Assembly: GCA_030704615.1 (NCBI GenBank)
Contig: CM060734.1
Location: 8,060,001-8,124,000 of the forward strand
Reading direction: 5' to 3'
Source of the DNA: Takakia lepidozioides
Taxonomy: Eukaryota > Plantae > Bryophyta
DNA length: 64,000 nucleotides
Positions 38,120 through 49,282 of this stretch are shown piece after piece (within the stretch, counting starts at the first letter, position 1; every line of letters begins with the position of its first letter). A program made the position numbers and the translations under genes. The notes under the pieces are model-generated. The model was not told where the DNA came from, searched no databases, and worked only from the letters and a program-made list of their open reading frames with translations.

Positions 38120-38960
38120 AAGCTCTTTTTGTAGTGTCTCCTACTTCCTAATGCGGTGCTTCTCCATATCCACTTTATCCAATCTATCGATGTTCTCCAC
38201 CTGGAACAGATCCACACATGTGACCCGGCCTCCTTAAATAACCAAATGACCATCGCAACTTCTACAAACCTCATCCCCAACTTCAAGTTTTGATGGTCAT
38301 TTGGTTTTTTAAGTATTTCTATACACATGTGTGGATCTGTTCCAGATGGAGAACATTAACATTGGAAAAATAAGAGCTGGAGAAGCACCTCATTACGAAG
38401 CAAGAGACATTACAGAAGACCTCAACATGTTGAACATTTGGATGAAGAACCATTTCGTTCGTTACTTCAAGCGCTTCTGAAATAATCACATGTTTGTTCG
38501 TGGAAGCTAACGTGTCCTCCTCTCCCAATCATGTCTCCCCCTAGGCCACATTGATCTCGTACCGGGACCTGTTGCATGGTATGTTGAACATAGTGGCAAA
38601 ATTAAAGCAAACAAAAATCATGTGGATCATCAACCATTCGAGAGAGAGGTGAATGATTTGATCGCCCATTGATCAAGCACCTTGGGACTTTCGCCGAGGC
38701 TCTCCAAGTACTCTGTATCTACCAGGGCGCACTCTCCACTGGCTCACATGAGCCGTCTCATCACGGTTTTGGAAAGAGTATTTCAACAACTTCCCGTCCA
38801 AATCGTACACCTCTTTCTCCAAGAAAATGGAGCCATTCTGAAGCTCAAACCGGGTAGTTAAGACACATGTGGATCTGTTCCAGATCGAGAATGGCACCAG
38901 AAAGAGGACATGGAGAAGCACCGCATTACGAAGCAGGAGACACTACAAAAAAAGCTTCAA
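38120..38960. repeat. Three copies of a ~100-bp unit, the first inverted relative to the other two
   Basis: 38120-38222 is the approximate reverse complement of 38324-38420 and 38864-38957 (CACATGTG(TG)GATCTGTTCCAG...TGGAGAAGCACC.CATTA.GAAG.A.GAGACA.TACA). Confidence 0.8.
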
Positions 38961-39041
38961 AAGGCAAGGCATTTAACAATTGGACTTGAAATGCGCACAA
39001 CATGCAATTTGAAAGGCAGTGGGGTTTTTAGGATGTCCTAC

Positions 39042-41360
39042 TTGTTCACGTCATGCATAGCTATCAGAAGTCTCGCGATGTCGTTCCCAGGATCCAGAAC
39101 CATTGCCTCCACAACACAATGTTTGTCCTTGTCTTTTGAATGGTGTTTCGCAATGTACCCCATCCAAGCTAGCAGGCGATGGTTTCCGTCCCAGACATAG
39201 AACATATGGTTGCAGAACTGCTGGGTGTTATGTCCAAGTAGCAAAGAGTCCTCGAACTCGTCATTCACATCCTTCCAGCAATCATCCCAGTTGTCCGTTA
39301 TCTCTGGGCTCACTTTTGTGCTGTGACCATTAGTATCATTCGGTGAGACGTAGAAAACTTGTGCACCCATTCTGTACCCGTGCACGAAATCTGTTTCCAA
39401 CTTGGTAATGTCATGCGAAAGTGGAGGACGAACAACAGGCATGGAGATCATCCGGCAGAGAGGGATTTCAAGACGTCCTCCAGAAACGATCATGTCCCTA
39501 ATAACCTCCTGGGAATTTACCTTTTGATATGACATAAGTTCTTTCATCTTGTCAAGGTAATGCAATTCAGGCTCGTCTGTGTCTTCACTATTCTCAGAAC
39601 TCTTCGAGGAGTCGTCCTCTTCTCCAGAGCCCTTTGCATCTGTTTCTCCCTGCTTAGACTTTACATTTTCCTGCATACCCAAAACCCACAAGAGCAACAT
39701 TCAACTGGTGTTCTGGAAACAGACATTTTTAAACAGTGATGATCGGTACCGACCATCACTTTGTCTTCTAACAAATGAATGGAAAATTTAGTTGGTTTTC
39801 CAATGCACCTTGACTTAGTTCTCACTAGACTGCGATGATCGGTGCCGACCATCAGGATGATGCAAGCGATGATAGGTACCGAACATCACAACAAGACAGC
39901 ACTGGGATGCATATACCCACGAGGTCTGAATGTGATGGTCGGCACCGATCATCACTCTTAGTTAGAATCTCTTCTTTCACTCACTGAACTTTTTAGCGAA
40001 GGAATGGACCTGGAAACGATGACAACCACACATCATCGCTTTTGTGTCACTGCGATTTCTCCTATGAATTATCTAGACCTCTTTCATCCTAAAATCTTTA
40101 CACTACACAAAGGGTTGGTCTCCTCTTTTGGATTCTGGTGTAGTGCCAATCCGTTCAAAAAGTGATGATCGGTACCGATCATCACAATCAGACTGCCTTG
40201 GGAAGCACAACCCATGAGGTCTGTATGTGATGGACGGCACCGATCATCACTTTCCAGCAGAATTTCGCATTTCATTGTATGAGATTTAGAGCAAAGAAAT
40301 GGACTTGGATGACGACCATCGCTTTTCTGTCACTGCAATTCCAGATCTGAAGTGGGATGGACATTTTTCAACCTAAAGCATTTCATTCTACAAAGGGTTG
40401 TAGTGCGAGTTTGGATTTTGGGGTAATATCTAGTCATTACCGAAAGTGATGATCGGTACCGACCATCACAATGTAACTGCCGTGGGATGCACAAACCATG
40501 AGATCTGAATGTGATGGTCGGCACCGATCATCACTTTCCTGAACGACCACGCCATTTCCAAACTGGTCTAAATAAGAAGGGAATGGACCTTAAAGCGATG
40601 ATTGCTACCGATCATCGCTTCTACGTCATTGCAAGATGCGACTTTAGTTTCCTGGCACTCTTGCATCACAATGAAATTGACATTTTATGCTTAAATAAAG
40701 CAATGGCGAAGGTGATGGTCGGCACCGATCATCACTTTCGCCTTGAAACGTATACTTTCATGCCTGCCTACCTTCCTGAATCTGCTGAACTACAACACCA
40801 ACTACATTCTTCTGTAAAGCGATGATCGCCACCGAACATCGCTTTTCTCACATCTGGGGACCATCAGTAAAGAGGGAGAAGTGCGTTTGAGAAAACTTAC
40901 GGATCCTTTCGCCTTCTTCGGCTTCGTGGCTGCATCGCTCGGATCGCCCTCTTCTGCTTTCCTCTTCCATTTTTCATCGGTCTGAACACAAGATAAACCA
41001 TGTTATTGAATTCCACTTGGAAGGGAGAACACCAAGACTAATGAAAACAATAGTATGTGGATATGAAGTGTTCACCATTTCTGTCTGATGTAGGGTTTGC
41101 AGACTTCCTCCCTGTATGGCGTCCACTGCTCCTCCTCTCTTGTCTTTGGGCATGAACTAGGCTGGCATTGTCTGGTTACCTACGCTCACTGCTCCAGCCG
41201 TCGCTACGACTGCGGCGACCTCACTCTCACTTCCCACATGCTCTTCTGCTTGACCTGTCTCCAAGTTCACATGCTGCCTAAGCACTGCACCATCTTGCAT
41301 GCGACGCCTCGTCATTTGCTCTCTTGATCTCAGCCTCTCTCTAAGCGATGTAAAATACAA
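39042..41360 (-). pseudogene. Spliced gene (3'-truncated or damaged) encoding a ParB/Sulfiredoxin-like domain; exons ~41360-41076, 40981-40901, 39670-39042
   Basis: Phase-0 GT-AG junctions join ...QTEM|TDEKWKRK...KPKKAKGS|ENVK. The main exon has VVRP...DITKLETDFVHGY...MFYVWDGNHRLLAW (ParB-N R..DG.HR..A pattern). One in-frame TAG at 41157-41159. The donor after VNK has no identifiable next exon. Confidence 0.6.
39735..40842. repeat. Intronic array of 24-bp palindromes GTGATG(A/G)TCGG(T/C)ACCGA(T/C)CATCAC
   Basis: Copies start at 39736, 39832, 39866, 39932, 40162 (perfect palindrome), 40227, 40446, 40511, 40595, 40712 and 40819. Degenerate copies at ~40017 and ~40308. Confidence 0.92.
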
Positions 41361-41809
41361 TGACTTCCTCCTCTTCCGAACCGAACAAGGAACCCTCTCC
41401 AGCTTGACTGCCTCTCTTCCGCTAAGTGTAGAAAAAAGAAAGATGAACAGACTCGCTTTCTTGCGCGGTTCCGTCGTTTTGGGAGTGTCCCTGGAACCGT
41501 TGGATTCCCTCTTGCGTGTCCGATACTTGAATGTACGTTTTCAGTGAAAATAGCGTAACCTAATTGGGACAGCTGTTCCTTAACGCGGATGTTTAGGGTT
41601 GTTGGCGTGTGCAAACATAAAATGGACATGTGTCTTTTTTGTGACGGCTTCATTAATATCACCGTTCATCGTCATGGATGAGGATTCTCAAAGTACTTAG
41701 CATGAGGCATACTAAGGATTTCACGGAATATGCGTACGTGGAGAGTTCTGGGCCATTTCATGCATAATCTCAAATCCGGAGCGGTCATAGATGGCCGCAA
41801 AAGGGTAGT

Positions 41810-43838
41810 CACGCTGCCGTGTGGGAATGGTAGCGAAGTTTTACGGGTGTCGGAAATGCCAACCGAGTGGGAGGGCAAATAAACCTAGTAACGGCGAAGG
41901 AGTGGGCCATGGAGGAGCCACATGAGCTTGAGTTTTGCTTTACGTAAGACAAGTGGAAGAAGAAGTCGATAGGGGGCCGAGCCCAGATTGGATCAAGGAG
42001 ATCTTGGAGAAATACCAAGATGTGATGTCGGAGGATTTACCGAACGGTTTGCCACCGTGAAGAGAGGTCGACCATAAGATTGAGGTGATACCGGGAACGG
42101 AGCCGCCTACCAAGGCGCCATACCGGTTGAGCAATAGAGAGTTGGTGGAGCTGAAGGAGCAGCTCAAGGACCTCATGACAAATGATACATCCGGCCAAGT
42201 AAGTCACCTTATGGAGCCCCGGTACTATTCCCAGACAAAAAAGATGGGACGCTGCAAATGGGTGTCGATTAGAGGGCTCTAAACAAGGTGACTATAAAAA
42301 ACCGGTACCCTTGCCAAAAAATTGACGACCTCTTCGATCGCTTGGAAGGCGCAAAGTATTTCAACCGAATAGATTTACGCTCGGGTTACCACCACATTCG
42401 GGTGGCGGAAGGAGATGAGAGAAGACCGCGTGCAGGACAAGGTATGATTCATATGAGTTTTTGGTGATGTCTTTTGGGCTCACCAACGCGACGGCAACCT
42501 TTAGCACGTTAATGAATAGTTTTTTTCAGGAGTGGTTAGATGACTTTGTGATCATGTATATCGACGACATCTTGGTGTACTCGAAAACAAAGGAGGACCA
42601 CCTTGAGCACCTCAAAAGGGTATTCCAGAAATTGCGAGAAGGAAAGCTCTACGCCAAAGCTTCAAAGTGCGAATTTGGGGTCATAAAAGTGGAGTTCCTA
42701 GGGCATGTGATTACACAGGATGGGATCAAAATGGATGACAGAAAGGTGAGGGCGATCTTGGACTGGGAACCTCCAACTGCGGTCTCGGGAGTGCGATCCT
42801 TTTTGGGACTCGCCTCCTACTACCGAAAGTATGTGAGGAATTTTGCCAAGATCGCGGGGCCGCTATCAGACCTCTTGTGTAACTCCAAGGTATGGGTGTG
42901 GAACACCTTCTGTGGCCAAGCTTTTGCCGAGTTGAAACAGCGGATGGCGCAAGCTCCAGTTTTGAAGATTCCGGAGTTCAACCGTCCGTTTGAGATTCAC
43001 ACAGATGCGTTGGACCTCGAGATTGGGGGTGTGCTAATGCAAGAGGGGCGTCCAGTGGCTTACAAAAGTAAGAAACTGAACGAAGTGAAGCGACGGTGGC
43101 CCACACATGAAAATGAGATGAAAGCGGTGGTGCACTACCTTGAGCTTTGGCGCCACTACATTGGTTCCAACCCGGTGAAGGTGTTCACGGACAATGTCAT
43201 GGTGAAGTATTTTGCTACAAAACCTAAGTTGTCCCCAAAATAAATTAGGTGGCAAGACACTTGGCATTGTTTGACGTGGATATTCAATACAAGCCGAGAA
43301 GGGACAATGTGGTGGCTGATGCTCTAAGTAGAAAGCAACAGCTCATGTTGGTGTATAGAAGCGAGACGGAGATGTAGAGGAAGATCCGGAAGTCTTATCG
43401 GAAAGATGAGTTGGCGAAGTCTGTGATGCGGGACTTGAGGCTGGGGATTAAGTCGCAGTTCCACTTGCACAATGGACTGCTCCGGTACAAGCAAAAACGT
43501 CTCTACGTCCCGAAGGGAGGGTTCAGAGATAGTCTCTGGAGAAAGCCATGATGGTCGCTGCAGGCCACGGCGGGGCAACGCACCGCGGCACTCTTGAAGA
43601 AAGAGTATTTCTGGCCCAAACTGAGGGATGGGGACGAGGAATATGTCAAGACATGCACCACACGCCAGCAAAACCGGAATGAGTACAAAAAGCAAGCGGG
43701 GCTGTTACAACCTCTGCCGATTCCAAAGGGGACGTGGGAGAGTGTCTCGATGGATTTCATGACGGCCTTGCCGCTATCAAAGGCATTTGATGCAATCATG
43801 GCGGTGGTGGATAGGTTTAGCAAAATGGGCCATTTCAT
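41810..43838 (+). mobile_element. Ty3/Gypsy pol fragment (RT, RNase H, N-part of integrase), chromovirus-like, pseudogenised
   Basis: [101 protein letters not shown]. Frameshifts and stops; no LTR seen. Confidence 0.95.
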
Positions 43839-44654
43839 ATATCCGTTACATTGGTTTCATGAGAAATATGTTTCTTCGGACAGGGATCCTTTTAATCCGA
43901 AGAGGAGAATGAAGATCGTCATATTGAGTGTTAATGGTCTCCTTTGTTGTCGACCACCTCCGACTGGAAAAGAGATGTTCAAAAATAGATTTGCAGGGAG
44001 AAACGTGACTATTAAGGTCCCCGACACTCATTTTGTCATTCCTCGGCCTGGAGTGGTGGAGTTCCTGAGGCGTCTCTTTGAAAACTTTCATGTCGTCACT
44101 TGGTCTTGCTCTGAAAGGGACATTGTTCTTAAGATGCTACAGTGTTTTGTGCTCATGGATATGATGAAGCTGTTTTGTTTTGTTTGGTCCAAGGAGCATT
44201 GCAACGCAACTGTCAGCTATATTAAGCCCGGGATGAGATATCTCATTAAGGATATTCAAACTATTTTTGTTAGGTTTCCTGGAAAATCATTTGCGAGGGG
44301 AGGGCAAATCCTTCTTGTGGACGATGAACCATCCAAATCTCTCAGAATCCCTGCAAATATTTGATATTTCTCTTTTTCTGTCAATGGGTCAAAAACTAAG
44401 CTGTCTAATATAAATGATGTGTGTGGCCATTCATCTCAAACATGATAGGAGTATCCAGTGTTGTTGAGTACGTGAGTGAGAGCTATGCAAAAGCATCTCA
44501 CGTGGTGATAGATCAGGATCACCCACGGTATGGGCGATATTTTGATCCTTTTGTTATCCATCCGCGGACAAGTCAGCTTAATTATCTTGGTATGTACTTC
44601 GCCATTCATGTTGACATTCAACAAATATTGAATGACAATATGCACTTTGTTTAG
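43839..44654 (+). pseudogene. FCP1/NIF (HAD-like CTD phosphatase) homology domain, catalytically degenerate
   Basis: KIVILSVNGLL (motif I, usually LVLD.(D/N)G.L), PRPGVVEFLRRLFENFHVVTWS, FVWSKEHC, KDI and ILLVDDEPSKS. Stop at 44362 with further coding-like sequence to 44654. Confidence 0.7.
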
Positions 44655-44764
44655 TATGTACTATTTTTTGTTTTAGTTCTGAGAATATCTCCATTAGCAG
44701 GCCGTTTCTAAGCGGAGTCCGTGTATTATGGGGAGGGGGTGGGGGGGGGGGGGGGGGGGGGGGT

Positions 44765-45782
44765 TAGCGACGCTAGCCGCGCCCCACACGGGCGCGGCGT
44801 TGGGCCTGCGATGCCACCCCCGCGGCCCCTTTTGCGACGCCGGGCGTCGCAATCTCCCACTGCGACGTACAGCCATCGCAAGGTGGCATGAAGGGGAAAT
44901 GGGCCCCCAAGGGCACCGGGACATGCGACGGGTGGTACGTCGCCGCAGGGGGTTGCGACGGGGGTTTTTTATTGCGACGTTGGGGGGGGCACAACATTTT
45001 TTTTTTTTTTTTTTTTATTGTTTTGGCTTGCAGCCCCCAACGTCCCAAAGTGTCGCTGGGGGCGCCCAACGTTGCGACGCCAAGGGGGTCGCACGGCGTC
45101 GCCACAAGGGGTCGCTATGGTGTCGTAGCCAGCTAGGGCCATCAAAGGAGTCGTTGGGGCGCCTAGCGCTGGGGCTGGGGCTGGGCACTAAGGCTGCGGG
45201 TTTGCAACTCCCCGGCGTCACAAGAGGGACCCCCTTAGAAAGAACTTGAAAGAAATCTTGATATGTATATACATACTTAGACCGCTTTTGTGATACATAG
45301 ATGTATCGTAGGTGTGTTGGTTAGTCTGTAGTGTCGTAGAAATGTTATAACGTGGAGGTCTTAGGTTCAAGTATGCATTGCCTAATATATGTAGAACAAT
45401 GAATGTACTGCCATTGGACAGAACCGGAGTCAATGATCAACAAGTTTTTGAAATTCAAATTCAAATTTTTCCACCAAATTGCAAACGTGCGCCATCGCAA
45501 ACTCGACATCCGGGGATCGCACTTAGCGACCCCGGGCGTCGCTAATGCGGCATCGCAGATAAGGAGATCCAAAAAATAAATAAATAAAAATTGCGACGTC
45601 CGAGGGTTGCAAGTCGCCCCAGCATGACCTAGCGACCCCCCTGCATCGCATAATTAGTGATGATATTCTAGCGATGCCTATGCGACGCCCGGGCGTCACA
45701 ATCTGGGGCTTCTACCCTGCCCCAAAAAGGGGCTTTAGCGATGCCTCGGCGTCGCTACAACCCCCCTCTCTTTCTTGTAGTG
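44765..45782. mobile_element. CACTA transposon terminus with subterminal repeats
   Basis: Ends TTTCTTGTAGTG at 45782 (reverse complement CACTACAAGAAA, a canonical CACTA TIR). Many GCGAC(G)/(C)GTCGC motifs in both orientations upstream. Confidence 0.85.
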
Positions 45783-45949
45783 ACAGTGGAGAAGAAGGTG
45801 GGGCCAGGTATTTATTTGGGGGGCCTGGACACAACATACTATACAATGCTTGTTATAGTATACTAAAGGAAAGAATAAATTTCTTCTTTGATTACCATCT
45901 ATTGGCTGTATCAAAATCGTAGTGTTTGTCTACTTTAGGCATCAGTTTC

Positions 45950-46450
45950 TATAGGAGAAGTCTAAAAGTGGTTGGACATGGCATGCATTAGGTGCGGAGA
46001 AGATACACACTTGGATATATAGGAATTTGTGTGGGTGCGAGACCCTTGGATGCGATCTTTGGTTTCCCTTGTAACATATGTACATGTAGGTCCCATGTGG
46101 GTGCGATAGCAGGAAATCTTGCTTTAGTTGAGACGAGCCAGAATGGATATGTTGAGGCAATGGATATGTATTTGTGGGGAAGGCTGGAGGATTTGGTTGG
46201 TGAGGAGGTAGAGCGAGACCAAACTATCCGTAAATAGGTAAATAGGTTCCTATAGGTTGATGCGAGAGATGGTTTATTGCATAGCCACGAGTTCTGCCCA
46301 CAAGATATTCTGACGCTCTATGAGTCTTTTGTATGCTCATGATTTATCTCCAACGGAGTGAATGCCATAACCCACTTGCGCCTCTGTCAGGGAGCCATTT
46401 GTTTATATGCATTGTCGAGGTGGGGAGGAGAGAGGGTTGTGAAGTCTGGA
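45950..46450 (-). mobile_element. Degraded RNase H domain of a non-LTR retrotransposon
   Basis: Minus strand reads CI*TNGS (YTDGS-like) ... NILWAELVAM ... IYLFTDSLVSLYLL: the first three RNase H motifs in order, with stops. Confidence 0.6.
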
Positions 46451-48490
46451 ATCGATAACATATTGTTTTTGTGGCAATTGCGTCCAGAGTGGTCTTGGGG
46501 TCACCGATTTCCATGCTTTATCTAAGTTGACTCAAGGATACGGGTCGGGTGATTGGGTATGTAAATGCACTGTGGCTGTGGGACCAAACAAGTGTCTTAG
46601 TAGATGATCCATTTGCCCAGGGAAGGTGGGCGTTATTTGTAGGGTGTCGGAGTGATAAGTTTAGTCAGTGATGGTTCTTTCTGTTTCATATAATTTGGAA
46701 ATGGCAGAGGGGAATCGTAGATTAGCGACTAGAGATCAAATGTGGCCAATGTGTACATCCCAGGGGGGTGTGCCAGCATAGGGGGGTTGATGTGATTGCT
46801 GTTTGAGATGAGTAATATGGTGAATGATTCTGGGGATGCATGGGCAGCCATGCGTGCCCAGTGTATCGCTTCATTAGCTGTAGTGGCATTCGAGGAATTG
46901 GAGGCAAAGAATCACAAGTTTTGGTCCTATGCCAACGACTGTGCGAGGTGCGTGAATGGGACAGTACGAACATCGGTGGTCATAAAGCCTCTTCCACCAA
47001 GCATTTGGCCAATAAAAATGGGGACAAATCTCACAACTCAGGAGATTGCAATGTTGGAGGATGCATTGCCTTGCAAGATGCCCACCTCTCTATGCACGTG
47101 CTTCTCTCTTCCTGAAGCTCTCAAGCCTCACTCACAACCAACTCAACTATTGCTTCCAAAATTTGTTGGCATAGTACTTTAGAAATTAGTGATTTGATCC
47201 AAGTTGTTGTGGTAATTTTAGCAGACAATCAAAGAAGGTGAAAACACAAGCTATTATGGCTCAGCTCCACACAAATTGGTTCTGTAGCACTCAACGCTTG
47301 ACAAATATCCTCGAAACATTTGTTAATGAGTTGGAAACACTTTGCATAACTGATTAGTATAGTCAGACACCATCATACCTCATCTGAAATTAAATTTGCA
47401 TACTACACCAGTACCACACCATGTAAACCACCTAGAGCTGTAGTGAGCCCAATTTTGTCAAAAGTTACCTCTGCTTTCACAATAGTTTTTCTCTCTCATC
47501 TCTTCTTACGAAGATATTTGAAATAGCTAATATTTATTTTAAAATATAAATAATACTATAATTTTTTATATTGATAATATTAAAATTATACTTTCAACAA
47601 TTTTCAAACAGGAAGATAGTTGTTGTTGATAATTCTCATGACATCGTCTTAAGATTTATCAAAATTAGTAATAGATAGCAATCTATATCCGCATGCTACA
47701 CAACAGGCATAACATAGAAACAAAGACTCGAAAGCTGAGATTCAAAGAGCCAAGGAAGGCAACGAGAGGAAATAAGCCAAGAGACAAGTGTCAGCCCTGC
47801 CACTTGGCGATAGACGACAGGGTTGCAAAATCGAAAATAGCTTGCTACTCTGTTTTTCATTCGTCACACATATGACGTTCTCTGTTCGTCAGAATGTTTC
47901 TTCGTTCACTTCTCGTTGGTTTTCTCGTCCGTTCAGAGTTTTCGTTGTGGTGCAAATGGATGAATAGAAAATGAACCACAAAAGAAATGGATGTACTATG
48001 ACGTCCGTCTGCGCGAAGACCGATTGACGCGTGCGAGGCAGCTCGGCAACCCATGGCAGTGCTACTGTGAGATTTGCAGGCATGGCGATCGGAGTGTGCT
48101 TCAAGGGATTGTGAAGAATGTGAAGGACTGCGCGGAGGTGGATCGGGGAAGGTTTCATAAGATCTGGAAGTACAGCGGAGATGGCTCAGACTGGGGATGG
48201 TTTTCAACCTCTTTACGGGAAGGGCCAGATTCTCTGTTGCGTAGGTCTTGTGTGGAGACTTGAGTTTTTGTGGTGAGGGTAAGAACTCCTCATCGACATA
48301 TTTTGTGTCACCATCTGCAATCTAGTAAAAGTAGTAAAAGTAGGTAACTTCAATGTCTCGTGGATGCTTTGACTGAAGGTGTGATCATCATCACTGAGAG
48401 AACCTCCATTGCTGCAGTAGTATTATAGGATGTCCGAGGAATGAAAACCCAATTTGCGTTATTGACTTTGTGAAGACCGTGCATCTGGAG

Positions 48491-49282
48491 ATGTCTGGCA
48501 TGGACAAGATTCCATTGTATTCGACCTCTCAGTCCGACATTGATGAGATCAAGAGCTTGTTCACCGTCAGTGTGCAACCTGCAACCCTAGAGGTCCCGCC
48601 GTCAGGTCCTGGAGGTGGAAAGCCTGCAAGCGCCGCCCCCACCATACCAGTTTCATCTTCTCCCGTCCCCCCTTCTGGACCCAGCAACCATGCCTCCGCC
48701 CCGGCAACCGGGCCTGCCACGGCAGCAGGGTTTGGCGGACCCGCATACAACACGCTCACGGAGCCGGTCTGGGTGACGTTGAAGAGAGATCTGTTGCGCG
48801 TGGGAAACAATTTGAAGGATGTTGTACTCCCAAATCCTTACCGCAAAGACCCTGGGAAAGCTCTGCGGGATTGGGATCTATGGGGACCCTTCTTCTTTTT
48901 CATCTTCTTGGCTCTGACACTGTCCTACTCTGCTACAGTCAATAAGACGAAGGTGTTTGCGGTGGTGTTTGCAACCCTCTCCGCAGGTGCCATAGTCCTG
49001 ACACTCAATGTTCAGCTGCTGGGTGGTTCCATCATCTTCTTCCAGAGCTTGAGCGTCTTGGGCTACTGTCTCTTCCCCCTTGATATCAGCGCAATTGTGT
49101 GCCAAGCCAAAGACATCAAGTTGTTCCGGAGTTTGGTGGTCCTTTTCGCCCTGGCTTGGAGCTCCTGGGCTGCATATCCCTTTGTGAGCACAGCAGTCCC
49201 TTCCAACCGCAAAGCCCTTGCGGTCTATCCAGTCCTACTTCTTTACATTACAGTTGGGTTTCTCGTGCTAGCAAATGACTAA
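48491..49282 (+). CDS. Yip1-domain integral membrane protein (YIPF6/YIP4-like), intronless CDS
   Basis: [59 protein letters not shown]. Several hydrophobic helices. Confidence 0.93.
   Translation: MSGMDKIPLYSTSQSDIDEIKSLFTVSVQPATLEVPPSGPGGGKPASAAPTIPVSSSPVPPSGPSNHASAPATGPATAAGFGGPAYNTLTEPVWVTLKRDLLRVGNNLKDVVLPNPYRKDPGKALRDWDLWGPFFFFIFLALTLSYSATVNKTKVFAVVFATLSAGAIVLTLNVQLLGGSIIFFQSLSVLGYCLFPLDISAIVCQAKDIKLFRSLVVLFALAWSSWAAYPFVSTAVPSNRKALAVYPVLLLYITVGFLVLAND

Noticed and set aside
39735-40842. CRISPR array (24-bp palindromic repeats with ~41-bp spacers)
   Set aside because: The spacers are homologous to each other and irregular in length, the repeats alternate orientation, no cas genes are present, and the array lies in a spliceosomal intron.
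16230-43838. One Gypsy element comprising the gag at 16.7 kb and the pol at 42 kb
   Set aside because: They are separated by 24 kb containing three intact host genes. At most they are the same family, which cannot be shown here.
44741-44763. Long G homopolymers (also 15239-15263 and 21232-21249) as functional elements
   Set aside because: They lie inside decayed TEs, homopolymer length is assembly-sensitive, and there is no independent support.
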